A stretch of 64,000 nt of DNA. It comes from Macrostomum lignano. Taxonomy: Eukaryota. The DNA lies in NCBI GenBank assembly GCA_002269645.1, contig NIVC01000261.1, forward strand, positions 246,564-310,563, in the 5' to 3' direction. The first letter of the stretch is position 1, and every line of letters begins with the position of its first letter. The translations under genes and the position numbers were made by a program. Of this stretch, positions 24,601 through 40,964 are shown one piece after another. The notes under the pieces are model-generated. The model ran no database searches. It was not told the origin of the DNA and worked only from the letters and a program-made list of their open reading frames with translations.

Positions 24601-27600
24601 TCCTGGCCACGTGTTCGACGGCGCGCCTGGCGATGAAGAGGTCGACTTCCAGAACGGGCGACACCTAACGGCGCACTGGAGCGGCTTCTTTGATCCCGAG
24701 AGCGGAGTCCGAATGTACAGATACGGCTTCGGAGTATCCTGTCAGTCAGAGTCGCAACTCATACAAGAGACGACGGGTCTTGAGGCGAGCTGGGAGGCTC
24801 CTGGTCCTGGTCGGTACTTCGTCACGGTAGTCGCCTTCAACAACGCGATGGAGCCATCTGCCGCTGTGTGCTCTGACGGAGTCCTGATCACGGATCAAAG
24901 GCCAGAAGTGAGCCAGTTGAGCATCGAGAGTCTTCGAGTCCGTCCAGGACTCATCCTGGAGCCAGCTCGCAGGAGCTCTGGTACCTGACCGACCTTGGTC
25001 GCAGACAGAAACTTCTAAACGATAATGAGACGTGCAGGTAGAGCCACCAGTCTGCTAATTAGCTCCTGTGCTCAGAGGTCTTTAATAATGGAAGCGTCTC
25101 TTTTTCAGATCTCGAGCAACTGTGATGGCGGACAGCGGAGTTCTGGCACTTGATCTCAGTAAGTTCAATCGCACAGTAGTGCTCACTCACGAAGGAGAGT
25201 TCTGTGAGCAAATCGGACCAGCTGGAACCGAGTTCTATCTCACCAAGGACGACAGGGTAAGGCGGGTGTATTGCTAAGTATTTTTGAGAAGAAGCTTCTG
25301 ATCAGAGAGCAGGCACTGCATTTCAGCTGAAACTAAGCTGGATTGCCTCCGACAGTGTTTCCGGACTGAGGCACTCCATCGTGTCAGTAATGAGCAACGA
25401 GGACTCCGTGTCTGATCTTGCCAATCGCTTAGTCACGACACACTCTAGCGAAATTCTCGACCACATTGATTTGAAAGATGGTCAGCAGATCTACTTGACA
25501 ATAGCGGCAGTAAACAGAGCGGGACTGTCGTCAAACATGGTGAGATTTACACTGCAACTTATCTAGACTGCTTGCTATGAAACGGTGAATGTTTGTTCGT
25601 ATCATTTTAGAGTGTCGGACCACTGACTGTAGACACCAGTCCACCGAGCTTCTCGGGCTCATTGTCCGTCAGTACCAACAATGAGCACTTGTTAGTCCGT
25701 TGGGATGCGGGCGACTTCGTAGATCCGGAGTCCGAGTCGCTCGAGTTTGAGATCGGAGTCGGTTAGTGTCTGTCAATCTGTTATCTCATACTGGAGATTA
25801 AGGCAATGCATCGCTTAGTTCTCATGGTTTAATTTTATAGGCAGCAAGGAGCACTCTACAGACATTGTTCATTTCGAGAGGGTCAAGCAAGGACCTGAGT
25901 GCAGTCACAGTCACACGCCAGTGACTTGCGCATCTCTGGAGCTGAGCCAGCTTGACTGGAGTTTAATCGGCGATCACACATACTACGTGTCCATTCGATG
26001 CACCAATGAAGCTCAGCTAAGAACTGTTGCATTCGCTGAGCCAATTGTACATAACAACCGACTTCCCAGTGTTGGTTTCGTTACTGACGAGGATCCGAGT
26101 ATCGACTCGGACTCAATGCTCGGGGTAAAGTGGTACTCTGATAGCCTAGGAAGATACCAGTTGTGTATTTTTAGCGTGAATTCTGAGTACACGAAGAAAA
26201 CACTGACATTCTCAATTTTAGACACCACACGACATTCAGTATCAGCTGCGATCGGACTCGCTAAGGTCGCGATGGACCGGATTCAAATTCGCAAACGAGT
26301 TCCATGTTTCGGTTGTGGATTCTCAGCACAAGGAGCTCGCATCTGTGACCCTCCCTTCAAATGCAACTCGACATCAGTTTGACGGACTCAAGTTGGATGT
26401 ATTCAAGGCAAGCTTATACACAGTCGTTCGATTCAGACTCGAAATGGTTTCATTCATTGAAATTATGTCTCTTCTGTTTGAATACGCTTCAGACCTACTT
26501 TACTCGAGTAACAGCATCGAATGTGGTCGGATGCGTCTCTGCAGGGTCAAGCGGGGTGACTGTCGAGTCTCGAGAGCCCCTCCTCGAGTTGAGACCTTTG
26601 AACTGGAGACCCGACAATGATGGGTCGCTGACGAATGATTTCCAAAGCTCTTTGTCGACGGTTGGTTTGAAGTGGACAAAGCCGAAATCACCCCTCGATC
26701 TACTGTTTCACGACGTCAGTTGGGGTCTCGAGTTGAAGCGAGGAGACGGTACGGTAGAAAAATCATTTCTCCTTGTTTATCTGCAAGTAGACTGAGATGC
26801 TTCCCGTCTTGACCCACTCGCTTTAGATTGGATCACAGTGGAAGAGTTTAGACGCGTCTCGCACTCGGGCGAGACGGTCCTCGTCACGAATTTGCACCTC
26901 ATCGATGGGGCCACTTACCGATCGAGAATGAAGCTCTGTCATGGTGAAGTTTGCTCAGAGGTCGAGACTGCTCCAGACTTCGTGGTCCTGCACACGTCCC
27001 CAGTGGCTGGAGCGTGGAGTGTCAATCTTGAAGCTGACAACCAGACAGTATGCTGAACAACATACTCTGTCACAAATGCATTTATGGCGTCTAAACAAGA
27101 ATATTTTCTTTTGTTTTTAGATCACAGTGCAGATGGACGAGTTCAAGCAGCTAGGATCAGCAGGAAGCAGTGTTATCAGCGGATACCAGTGGTCATTGCA
27201 ACACGATGGTGCCAACATCGTACAATGGACGGAATTGAAACTCGATTCGAGTAACTCGGTAGGTGGCTGCTTCACTTGAAACAATGAAACAATGGTGGTA
27301 TGTAGGTACCTCCTAATTTGACTATCTATACTTTAGACTAAATCTATATCTCTACCGTGGCCTCTGAAATCGACGAAATGCATCCGTTTTGCGATTCGCT
27401 GCTTCAACAAGGCAGGCCTGTCGACTGTAGACAGTAGAGAGCTGAGAGACTGCAGCGCGTACGACCCGAAGCTGATAAGTAATCCGAACGTGATGGACGC
27501 GATCGGGCCAGTGAAGCTTGAGAAAAATGACCAATGGACAGCAGATGACGTGGACTACTCAAACTCGAGCGCTCGACTTGCAGCGGTGTGGCCCCAGCTG

Positions 27601-30600
27601 AGATATTTGGTGAGAGAACGGGATTCCATTCGAAACAAGCTTTAAAAGGCATACATGCATGGTTACCAAAATAGGATATAATCCTTACAGAACTACGAAT
27701 GGGCTGTTCTGGCAGCCAGTGGGACCGGAGGCTCCGGTTACTATGACCGAATTCTGCTTGAGCCGCCAAAACGGCCGACAAGTCACGCGAATGCGATCGC
27801 AGGCGGCTTTACTCGGGATGAGTTCGTGAACGTTCCCGGAGTTCAGCTGCAACCAGGGACTCGGTATCACGTGTGCATTCACGCTAACGAAACTTTGCTG
27901 CAATTTGAGAAGTTCACACAGCTGTTGCCTGAGTTAAGCGAGTGCAGCGATGGTGTCACTGTGCTTGGAGATGTAGCAACCGAAGGCAGGATCGCAGTGA
28001 ATGGACGATTTGCCGATCAGATGCTGGTAAGTTGAATGTCGATTTTTGCAGTAAGTTTTACAAGTAGATGTTTTAATGAATTCATTCATTGTTTGCAGTC
28101 ATCTGTGACTGAGTTTCTTCTCGAGTGGTCAGGATTCGAGTCTGGAACGTCTACGGACATGCCGCACGTGACTGACATAAAGTACTACGAATACTGCATT
28201 GGATCATTCGCCTCCGGTTGCGACCTAATCGATTGGAAAAACGTCGGCGGTGCTCGCAGTGTGATTGTGACTCAGCTCAAGGGAGTCCTTCAGGAAGGTC
28301 ACGTCTACTTTGTCTCGGTGAGAGGTAAGTGAAGAATTGAATTTCGCAATAAACTACTGAGCTTCTATTGACTTGTGCCTTATGCTCCAGCTGTCGACTT
28401 TATCGGTCGCGAGAGTCGGTCAAAGCCCCGGTCGATCCGAGTGGTGCTGCACGGTCCTAAGTCCAATCACTCAGCAGCTATCTCTGTGGGTCTGCGGCAT
28501 GTAATCTCGAACAGCAATGGCCAAGAAGTTTGCTGGAACGGTAGATTCTCTGACCCCGTCGCGGGCATTCGTCGCTACTGGGTCGGTCTCGGATCTTCGC
28601 CCGGTCGTCCTGATGTCATTCCGTACACTGAATCAGATGGCGAGTGTGTTTGGTGGACAACCAAGCAGCTGTCATACTCCAGAGACGGACAGCACTACTG
28701 GGTGCTGCTGAGAGCTGAGAACTTTGCCGGACTTATATCGAGCGACCACTCGAAGCCAGTGCTCGTAGACAGAAGTCCACCAGTAGCTGGATCGGTGATC
28801 GATATCGACCCGAGCGTATCGAACAGCACCGACTGTAACTTTCGGTTCAATATGGACGGCATCTCAGCAAAATGGACCGACTTCCATGATCCTCACAGTC
28901 ACGTGAGGGACTATTCGGTGGCGATCGGATCATGTCCAGGTTGCCAAGACGTGATGCCGTATCTTCACGTCGGTGTTCGACACAGTAAGTCAAACGAAGC
29001 TAATTATGCTCATTACTAACTCTAAACAAAGAATACAGACGTACTTTGCTTACTTCAGGTATAAAGATTGACCACCTGCGTTTGCAACCTGGACAGAGGT
29101 ACTTTGTCAATGTCAAAGGCTGCAACGCGGGGGATCTCTGTTCTGTGGCGTCTTCCGATGGTGTCATTTTGGATTCCACACCTCCGTTGAACGGAATCAT
29201 CTTGATTGGTTCAAGCGACGCAAACCAACAGTACCTGCGATCAAGGTGAGTAAATGTGTTTTTAGTAACAATTTTATCATAATGACTTGATACGCTGAAA
29301 GCCACTCATAGCCTAAACATGCATGCTGTACTTTTGCATGTGCAGCTCATCGCTAGAGTTTTCGCTATACGGTTTCAACGATCCAGAGTCCGACATTGCA
29401 TATCACCGTTGGGGAGTCGGTCGCGAAGAGTCTGACTCGCCGGATGTTATAGCCTGGATCAAAACTTTCGAAAGGACGTTTGTGCGACACTCTGGAAGCT
29501 TACCAACGGGCATACGTCTAAAGGTGTTTGTGGAAACTGTGAATAAAGCAGGTGAGCGGCGGGCATGACGTAATCATAGCGTCGATCGTGCTAAACTTTG
29601 CTGAATATTTGAACAACATTTTTACAACCATTTAGGTCTTACGACATTGACTGAGTCGAGCAAGTTTCTGATTGACGACACACCTCCCGAGATCGAGACT
29701 GCTCTCTCAGCAAGCGAGACTTTCGGTCAGATTGAGCCGAACTGGCTCGTCCTGGACGACATCATGGTGGTAGAGTGGAGCGTCTTTGACAAGGAGAGCG
29801 GCATCAAAGAACACTGGATCTCTCTGTCTAACCATGATAACGGACGAGTGACGTTCGAGCCCGTTAAGGTATCTGACCTAGTTTTGCAGCTGATTTATTC
29901 AATTTTGAGACGTAAACTAATGCTGCGCATCTCTTGTTGACATCGCAGATTCCCGGTCTGCTGAGCAACTTTACATTCAGCGATCTCGATCTGAAAGACG
30001 GAGCCAACTACACTGTTCACCTCGTGTCGTGCAACCTGGCGGACGCATGCACTCGTCAGACGGCCTCGGTGGCTGTGGACACTTCGCCTCCGATCACGGG
30101 ACACGTAGCCGTCGCGACAGAGTCGGCCGTGCAGCTGGGCAGACACATCGAGGATGGCCTCACGTGGGATGGAAACGAAGTCAACATCAGCTGGGTGGGA
30201 TTCCACGATCCTCACTCGGGAATCAATCGCTACACCATTCAGATGGGCACAACATGGTTCGGATCGGAGCTTTTGTCGGTAGGTTGTGAACCACAAAGAA
30301 TTTTTTAAAGTTACCGCGAAATAGTTATCACAAAACTGCATTGCCTGTTTTTGTTATTTAGGTCACAGAGGTTCCGCACAGTGACGAAGGAATCCTCACG
30401 AAGGTCCAATTCAGATGGCCAGCTTTGAACTGAAGAGAAGTCTAACTGAGGGCACGTCCTTGATTGTGCACATTGTTGCAGTCAACAAGGTAATAGTCAG
30501 TTGGATATTTACTGTGAAGCTACTATTTAAACTTGAAAGTGTGTAATTTACTGATTCAGGCCGGTCTCCACAGTCAACCAGTTCAAGCGGCATTGTCCGT

Positions 30601-33600
30601 GCTGGAAAGTGGTCACTTGTGGCTCCTTCGTCGGTGTGCTGGCGCAGCTACTTGCTACGGGCACTGCTCGTGCGCTCCGCAGCATCAGACCTGCCGAGGA
30701 ACTGAGTGTCGAGCCGTCGATGTAGTGGATAACGTCGACAACGAAGTAGAGGTTCTAGATGTGTCCGCCTTCGGTCCTCGAGGAGAATCTCAAACTGATG
30801 CAGAAACAACTCCGACTAGGTCTCTGTTGGCAGCGACTTGGCGAGTCCGTCGAGCAATGGGACGACCACCTGTTCGTTATGAAGTGAGTGCAGGTCTGGC
30901 TGAGTACAGTGAGCCAAGGGTATCTACGACGCTGTTCACGAGCGTGTATGGCATGACGTCGGTCTAAGGACGTTCTTGGCATTGAATATCACAGCTGGGC
31001 GTCGCCTCAATGTATTTAGATCATACAAGGTGTTTGTTCGGGCTTGGTTTGATCACAACACGTACGTCGTGTTCAGCTCAGACGGCGTACTGGTCAACCC
31101 GACCTTTCCGCGAGTGAATCGACACTACGGTGTCGGCGTCAAGGACCTGTTGTCACCAGATAGTCGACGGGATACCGATTTCATAACCAGTAATGACAGT
31201 CTGACTGTAGGGTGGCGAAATAAGTTCACAAGTCTAAACGAAGCACCGCCGCTGTCATTCCGCGTGTCTATTGGCAGTGAGATCGGAATGGACGATGTTG
31301 CAAACGTCGTCATACCTCCTGGAAACATCACCTATACATTCAATGGGCTGCAATTTGGGCCAGGTCAACGGTACTTTTCTACCGTGACCGCTCTCGATGA
31401 GAACGGACTCTCTGTTTCGGTATCATCTGATGGGTTCGTACTGGACTTGGATAATCCGTCTACGGGATTGGTGTTCAACAGTATTGGTAAGTTGCCTATG
31501 TCAACCCAAATTATTTATCTAACCTATTTATAGTATCAATCTTAACAAGTTTAATCAAGATAAACAATTTCTCACAGGTCACAGCAACTCGAAGTACTCA
31601 AGTGACCAAACGACTCTGTCATGCAGTTGGCACAGCTTCTTTGATCGAGAATCCTACATCAAGTCGTACTCTGCATGCATTACTTCCAGCAATGATGCCA
31701 GCAAATGCGACGTCGCCGACTGGAAGAATGTTAAGTTCGAGCAGAGAGCTACTTGGAAAGGACCTTGGCATCATGGAAGCACCTATTTCTGCCGTGCAAA
31801 GGCGGTCGACGCCGCAGATCGCAGCTCAGAGGCGATCACTTCTCCCGGAGTGACTATCGACACGACACCGGCTATTGCGGCAAACCGCATTGGACACCGG
31901 CCGATTAATGTCGGTAACCCGAGCTTCGAAGAAGGAGCGCTCCGACCTCCGAGCTCAGCGCCACTCAGCCACATAGTTCTAGCTGGACTCGAGTCTGTTT
32001 CGCCACGCTGGACTTTAAAAGATGGTCGAGCGATCGCAGTCCGCATTGGACATTCCATGGCCGTAGACGGAGAATCTGTGCTGCTGCTGTTCGGTCGGGT
32101 ATCGCAGACTTTGACAACCGAAGCTGGACGTCGATATCGGATGCAACTGTTTGCGTCTCATCTTCCCGTCTCTGACCCGCTATCAGTTACGGTCGGCGGT
32201 CTCGTCTCGGGTCCGGGAATGCTGCAGACGTTCCGGTTGTTCACCGATCTAGGCAGAGTGAGCTCTGGTGTAGAGTGGCACAAGCAGATATTCTACTTTA
32301 CTGCCGAGTCAGCGGAATCAACCGTTTCCATTGAGTCTCTGTCACCTCACACCGGTCTGGGTGAGTTTCCTCTCCTTAGTCATTTTTTTTCATTTATTTT
32401 GCTAATGCTTTAGTTTTGCCCCTTTACAAAGAGTTTAATATCAATCGTCAGCCATCGACATGGTCTCAGTATCCGTGCTCAACGTGGGAATTGCTGACTA
32501 CAACTCAACTGCTGCACCCGTTCATGTGGACTCGGTGAGCGTCAGAGACAGCGGCACTGTGCACGCCAGTTGGGACGTCTCTGATCCCGAGAGTGGCATC
32601 AGCGAAGTTCTTGGGCCATCGGAACAGTTCGTGGTGGGACGCAGCTTCTGCCGTTTACTCAGCTCGGACCGGCCAACGAGGCAAAGGCGGATGTGAGGCT
32701 CACTCACGGAATCAATGTCTACGTGTCGGTGCTGGCTATCAACGGTGCCGGAATTCCGCGACTCTTCCACTCGCAACCCGACCTGATCGACTTGACTCCG
32801 CCGGCCTTTGACTTTGTGCATGACGGAAGCTCAAGCGCTGGCCACACCGATCTGCAGGAAAGTGCGCGCGAGCTGTCCGTTCGATTCGGAGTCGAGGATC
32901 CGGAGTCGGGCCTGAGCGAGTGCTTCTGGTGCTCGGGAACTTCTGCAGCAACCTGCGACGTAGCAGAGTATGTGAAGCTGGCACAGGGCCAGCTGTCAGC
33001 AACACGGCTCATCAACGAGCCCGAGAAGCTTCTCGGCCAGCGAGTGTTCAGCTTGGTGAGGTGCTCGAACGGAGTCGGACTGGTGTCTACAGGGTGAGTC
33101 ACAGTCGGTTCAGAGGTGCATCGCAGCAGGATGATATGCTCAAAACTCGAATACCATTTCAGCGTATCAGCAGGCGTGCTCATCTACAACGGAGCTCCCG
33201 ATGCGGCACACGCGAAGCTGCGACTGCTCAGCACCTCTGTGACGCCATTCGGTCAAACGAATTCTGTGCTCGGTAACGCCACAGACCTGCAGCTGAGCTG
33301 GAGCGGCTTCACCGATCGAATTCCGATTCGAGACTACGATATTCGACTGAGAGAAGTGACTCGAAACGCTGCAGTGCCGGACTGGACTCGGGTGAAGGGC
33401 GCCTTCGTTCAGGCGGCAGCTTTGCACGGTCTGTCGCTAGCGAGCGGGCAGCGCTACCGAGCTGAGGTGCGAGCCGTGAACGCTCTGGGGAAGCTGAGCA
33501 GCATTGTTGAGCGCGAGTTCTCGGTGGACTCGCAGTTTCCAGCGCTGACTGGTAAGAGTGGACATTGTGACTTGTTTTCAATTCCGAGTTCAACCGTGAA

Positions 33601-35513
33601 CTCAAATGCAAACCTAAATATGCAAAACCGCACCACAGGCAGGCAGTGGCAAGTCAGCTTCGACCCCGCTAAGCGCCAGCTGCTGCTGGACTGGTCCGGG
33701 ATGTTCCGCTCCGACAGCTCGCTGCTGTTCGAAGTGACGGTCGAGACCAAGCCGGCAGCTGGCGACCTTCAGCGCTGGCTGGAGACCCGCGAGCCGAGTC
33801 TGCTGCTGAAGGCCATCGACCCGAGCAAGCAGAGGCTGTTCGTCAGGCTTTCGGCCATTAGCGAGGCCGGCCTGGCTTCGTCCGTCTACCGGGAGGTGCT
33901 GGTTTAGCTGACTCTGGACAGGCCAATTTGACGTTTGATGTATGATTTGACGTTTTAATTTTTCTTTGTAATTAAGTCGTTTGTACTTGTAATATTCATT
34001 TTAAAAATAATACTTGTCTCTCTTATTAGAATTAATCACTATTTTCTAGATTTTTTTCTGATGGAATTGGTATGCTCGATATTATTAATTTTGATTTTTT
34101 ATTTCCGTCAAGAGATGAATCAGTTTTGTTATAATTTATCTGGAACACTTAAATGCTGTTTTACTGATGAAAAAATTGCGAGCGTATTTCTGATGAAGCC
34201 AGGTTTTCGGAATTATAATTTCTGGTAATCTTCGACGCTATATAATATTTGCATCTACCTAAGGTATATGAGGCCTATATTTTTTCATAAGATATAACTT
34301 TTATTGTTTTAAAGCATCGACGAGAGTTTACTAAATCCTATGTTCAAATTTCTCAAATTGGGTTAGATAAGCTGCGCAGTTTTTTAACTACGTCTTTTAA
34401 AACTTTTGACGGGCAAGACAATGGAGAGTCTTAAGTACGTTGAGAAGTTTTACGATATTAACATAACAGACAGTCCAATAGACAGTTTTGAAGTCTCTGA
34501 TGTCTGATGCACAATTGATGCATTGACAATCCATAAACTCCCATGTGTAGGTTCCACTTTTCTTGGATTTCTTGGTGCAGCAATTGGCCTACCTATGACA
34601 ATAATTTAGGACTTTCGCCTAAGTCAATAACTAATATTACGAAGTTGTTAGTGACGTGACAGGATTAAGTAAAATTTGTTTTTTAAACCTACTTTGAAGA
34701 ATGTATTTTCTAAACCTGAAAAACATACCCACGAAAAGCCGGACGTCGATGGACGGACGTAACTGACAAATTCGTCTTTTACATTACACTGACGTTCAGC
34801 CGACCTATGACGTCGTTATCCGTAGGTTGTCGTCTATTTCGGATTGCTGTATGGATTTAAATCAAGCGCACTGTTTCTTAATCTAAACTGGTTAAAATTT
34901 GCATGTATTAAGTAGTCTGTTACCAGTTTTAGAAAGTCGTGACAAACTTACAAAGGAGACAGTTGACTTTATTACAAGTCAATGCACATTCTTTGCGGCT
35001 AGAACTCGTTATTAATTTTAGCAATTTTGCGATTCTGTAGAGTTCAGTTAACTATTATAACTTTACTTTGGCCTCGATACTGATTTAGGCACCAGACAAC
35101 AAGTAACTGGAATAATCTAACAGCTCTGCAGGTTATCAGTAGTATAGAACGTACATAATGGATTGATCGAATAGCTTGTTTCTGAATTGCGCTAAAAACT
35201 CGATACTGTAATACATGTATTTAAAAACATTATACTTCCTATGATCAGCAAGATCTTTTCTGCAAGTAGAAATCTTATAACATTTTACCAAAACCGAAAC
35301 CTAATTCGTTGGAAAATCTTTGTAAAAGTAGACTAAAGTCAAAATATACAGGGAGTAATATAAAGGACTATATTGACAAGCATAGCATCACTTGAAGTTA
35401 CCGTTGCACTTAATCATAAATGTAACCCTGTTACGCTGAAAAAATGGCTTCAAATTTTGAAGTACAGAGAACAGCCATGGGTGGGGTAATCTTTGTTAAA
35501 AGAATTTTCGCTG

Positions 35514-35736
35514 CATTGGCGTACGCAAAGGGGGGTCAGGGGGTTGCGGCCCCTCCAATCACCCCTCGAAAAGCTAAATGCGAGAAGATTTGTAACCAAA
35601 CTGGAAGAATGACGGGCGCCCAAATTTTGTCTCCTCTTGGACTTGGCATCTATTTGCTCAAGAGAAGAAACGCATACCAAGAAATCCAATATGGCCAAGG
35701 GGTTGCGGCCCTTCAAACTACCTGCGTACTCTACTG
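35514..35736. mobile_element. Degenerate MITE-like element, same architecture as 13878-14735
   Basis: Left CATTGGCGTACGCA versus reverse complement of the right end CAGTAGAGTACGCA (11/14); internal GGGGGTTGCGGCCCCTCC hairpin-like motif present twice. Confidence 0.45.
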
Positions 35737-35911
35737 CTTCACTGTTACCTGTGAACTACGCTCGTATTTGTAGCGCTACACAAGAAAGATATTAAAATAA
35801 CCAACAGTGCTATGTATTCGTACGTCCAACGGTATCTTCTTATACAGTGGCTCTCATAATATAAACAATCATGAAGTGTCATAATGGCAATTAGTTATTC
35901 TTAGAAATAGG

Positions 35912-38159
<2,248 letters not shown>

Positions 38160-38849
38160 TCACGCGCACGCGCAACTGCACAGTGAGAATATGATTCGGA
38201 TTGCAGCCCTTACTCACTGCTAGGGCTGAGCTCTTCTCTTCCCTCTATGCCTAAAAACGGTATAGGGAGTAGCGTGAGCAGCCAGAGAGGGAGGAGGGAG
38301 CAAAGCGAGGAAAAATAAGAAATCCAGATGGCTCCGTTCTCACGGGTGGCCTAGTAAGGCTTATTAAGGTAAGGCTTAGTAGCTCTCTTGGAGTGATTTT
38401 ACGTGGCACTGGCAGACCAGTATATTATATTCTATATGCAATATCCACGTGTCTTTCACTAACAAATGGTTTGGCTAGGAGCAGAAATTAACGGGCAGAG
38501 AGGCGACCCTATATGATAAGTTTCCCTACAGTAATTGGATAGCATCTATTTAAGTCTTGCTCTTGAGCCAGGCCTGGGGTAGGGGTGGGGGCTGCGGTAA
38601 CTGTTTCTTACCAATCAAGCGACTTCCGCAGCCCCGGCCCCTCACCCAGTAGGCAGCAATTTCGAATCCCAAAACACGACAACGGGAGCACGCGTGAAGA
38701 CGCGGAGCATTAAACTTCGTTAAGCAAAATTCTGGAAAGGAAACTCTTCTCTTATTTTTTCTGCGCCCGATTACGATAGTTGGAGGTTTGAGTTTAAAAT
38801 TTTCACTCTGAAAATTCCAGTCAGCACCGATTTCGGCGCTATGGCGCGA

Positions 38850-39965
38850 TTTAAACACAAAATTTGGCGCTGTTTAGACACTAATTTTGGCGCTGTTTAG
38901 ACACTAATTTTGGCGCTGTTTAAACACTAATTTTGGCGCTGTTTAGACACTAATTTTGGCGCTGTTTAGACACTAATTTTAGCGTTGTTTAGACACAAAT
39001 TTTGGCGTTGTTTGGACACAAATTTTGGCGTTGTTTGGACACTAATTTTGACGTTGTTTAAACACTAATTTTAGCGCTGTTTAGACACTAATTTTGGCGC
39101 TGTTTGGACACACATTTTAGCGCTGTTTAGACACTAATTTTGGCGCTGTTTAGACACTAATTCTGGCGCTGTTTAGACACTAATTTTGGCGCTGTTTAGA
39201 CACTAATTTTGGCGCTGTTTAGACACTAATTTTGGCGCTGTTTAGACACTAATTTTGTCGTTGTTTAGACACTAATTTTAGCGCTGTTTAGACACTAATT
39301 TTGGCGTTGTTTAAACACTAATTTTGGCGTTGTTTAAACACTAATTTTGGCGTTGTTTAGACACTAATTTTGGCGATGTTTAAACACTAATTTTGTCGCT
39401 GTTTAGACACTAATTTTGGCGCTGTTTAGACACTAATTTTAGCGTTGTTTAGACACTAATTTTGGCGCTGTTTAGACACTAATTTTAGCGTTGTTTAGAC
39501 ACAAATTTTGGCGTTGTTTGGACACTAATTTTGACGTTGTTTAAACACTAATTTTAGCGCTGTTTAGACACTAATTTTGGCGCTGTTTGGACACACATTT
39601 TAGCGCTGTTTAGACACTAATTTTGGCGCTGTTTAGACACTAATTCTGGCGCTGTTTAGACACTAATTTTGGCGCTGTTTAGACACTAATTTTGGCGCTG
39701 TTTAGACACTAATTTTGGCGCTGTTTAGACACTAATTTTAGCGCTGTTTAGACACTAATTTTGGCGTTGTTTAAACACTAATTTTGGCGTTGTTTAAACA
39801 CTAATTTTGGCGTTGTTTAGACACTAATTTTGGCGATGTTTAAACACTAATTTTGTCGCTGTTTAGACACTAATTTTGGCGCTGTTTAGACACTAATTTT
39901 AGCGTTGTTTAGACACTAATTTTGGCGTTGTTTGGACACTAATTTTGACGTTGTTTAAACACTAA
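38850..39965. repeat. 23-bp minisatellite (TAATTTTGGCGCTGTTTAGACAC), ~48 units with a higher-order repeat; degenerate tail to ~40230
   Basis: Period 23; diagnostic variants recur at 483- and 460-bp offsets. Confidence 0.96.
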
Positions 39966-40964
39966 TTAAGTCGCTTTTTAAACACCGATTTTGGCGCTAT
40001 TTAAACAATGATTGTGAAGATATTTAAACATTGGTTTTTGCGATATTTAAACACAGAATTTGTACACCGATTTTTTTGGTATTTAAACACCAATTTAAAC
40101 ACTGATTCTGTCGCTATTTGTTTAATTTTTGCGCCAAATAAACACTAATTTTGGCCTTGGCCTATTTAAACCCTAGTTTTGGCACTTTCTAAGCACTGAT
40201 TTTTCCCTAGCTAAAACACTGATTTTGGCGTCATTTGAACATGTACATGTATAGTTTTTGCTTCAAATATTGACAAAAATAGTTTCGCTTTCCAGTCTCC
40301 GTAGCATATAAGAGTTTAGGCCCTGGTAACGAATCGACGAAGAGCCAGATGAAGGAAAAGAAACTCTTGGGCCGTGTCTTGTAAGGGGCCACCAGTTATG
40401 GTGGGAATTCCGTCAGCTGTTGTTCCAAGGCCATGTTAGCTTGGGGGCGCTGGAAGAATGGACAGGGGGAAGGCGTAGGAGACAGAAGGAGCTCAGGGAA
40501 GGCTTCTATTCTATCCAACCAAGAATTCTAAGATAATCCCAGCGAACTATACTAGTCCAAGTATTTAACTAATATCCCTTCTAAGCAGCTAAGCTTATCT
40601 GCAATTCTTCTTTACAGTCGATTTCAATACGATTGAGCGATTGAAGAGAAAACCCGATCTGGACTGGAAACCCAGTCGAGTATGTTAGCATTGGAACGCA
40701 TGCATGGGATGGAGGAAGCTGTATAGATGGGGAGAAAGAATGAATCAACAAAAATCCCTGATGGAGCTGCTGGGGATGCTGGGGATGCTAGAGCGATCCC
40801 ACGTGTCGCGGTTCCCACGGTTCTCTCTCTGCATCTGTCCGCCTCCTCCCCTCTCCATCCTGTCCAAGGACAGTTTGACGCAGAACTTGGAGTGAAAAAC
40901 AGTGTATTCACAAGGCTACACTTAGCTTATGGAATGTCACCTCAATTAACCCTTTCAAAACCCC

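Larger units (their letters stand above)
16220..33907 (+). pseudogene. Giant secreted EMI/EGF + FN3-like repeat protein, copy 2 (full length, ~35 coding exons, ~3,420 aa if repaired; several disabling lesions)
   Basis: 5' exons: 16220-16260 (MLTTKVVLVAFLIR), 16686-16931, 17020-17129 (QDCCPGW), 21211-21315 (ICFGRLQYCPNGGSC), 21411-21557, 22036-22158, 22277-22339, 22413-22484, 22564-22716. Then near-identical to copy 1 up to the stop at 33907. Lesions versus copy 1: in-frame TAA 24374-24376, -1 at ~24961, 16-bp deletion at 30390/30391, -1 at ~30917, -1 at ~32612. Confidence 0.8.

Noticed and set aside
40812-40819. Perfect Su(H) site CGTGGGAA (minus) upstream of Su(H), suggesting autoregulation
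   Set aside because: A single site; a few are expected by chance in 64 kb, and there is no cluster or paired site.
40280-40920. Possible LINE or other coding remnant
   Set aside because: No convincing RT or endonuclease motif in any frame I could read.
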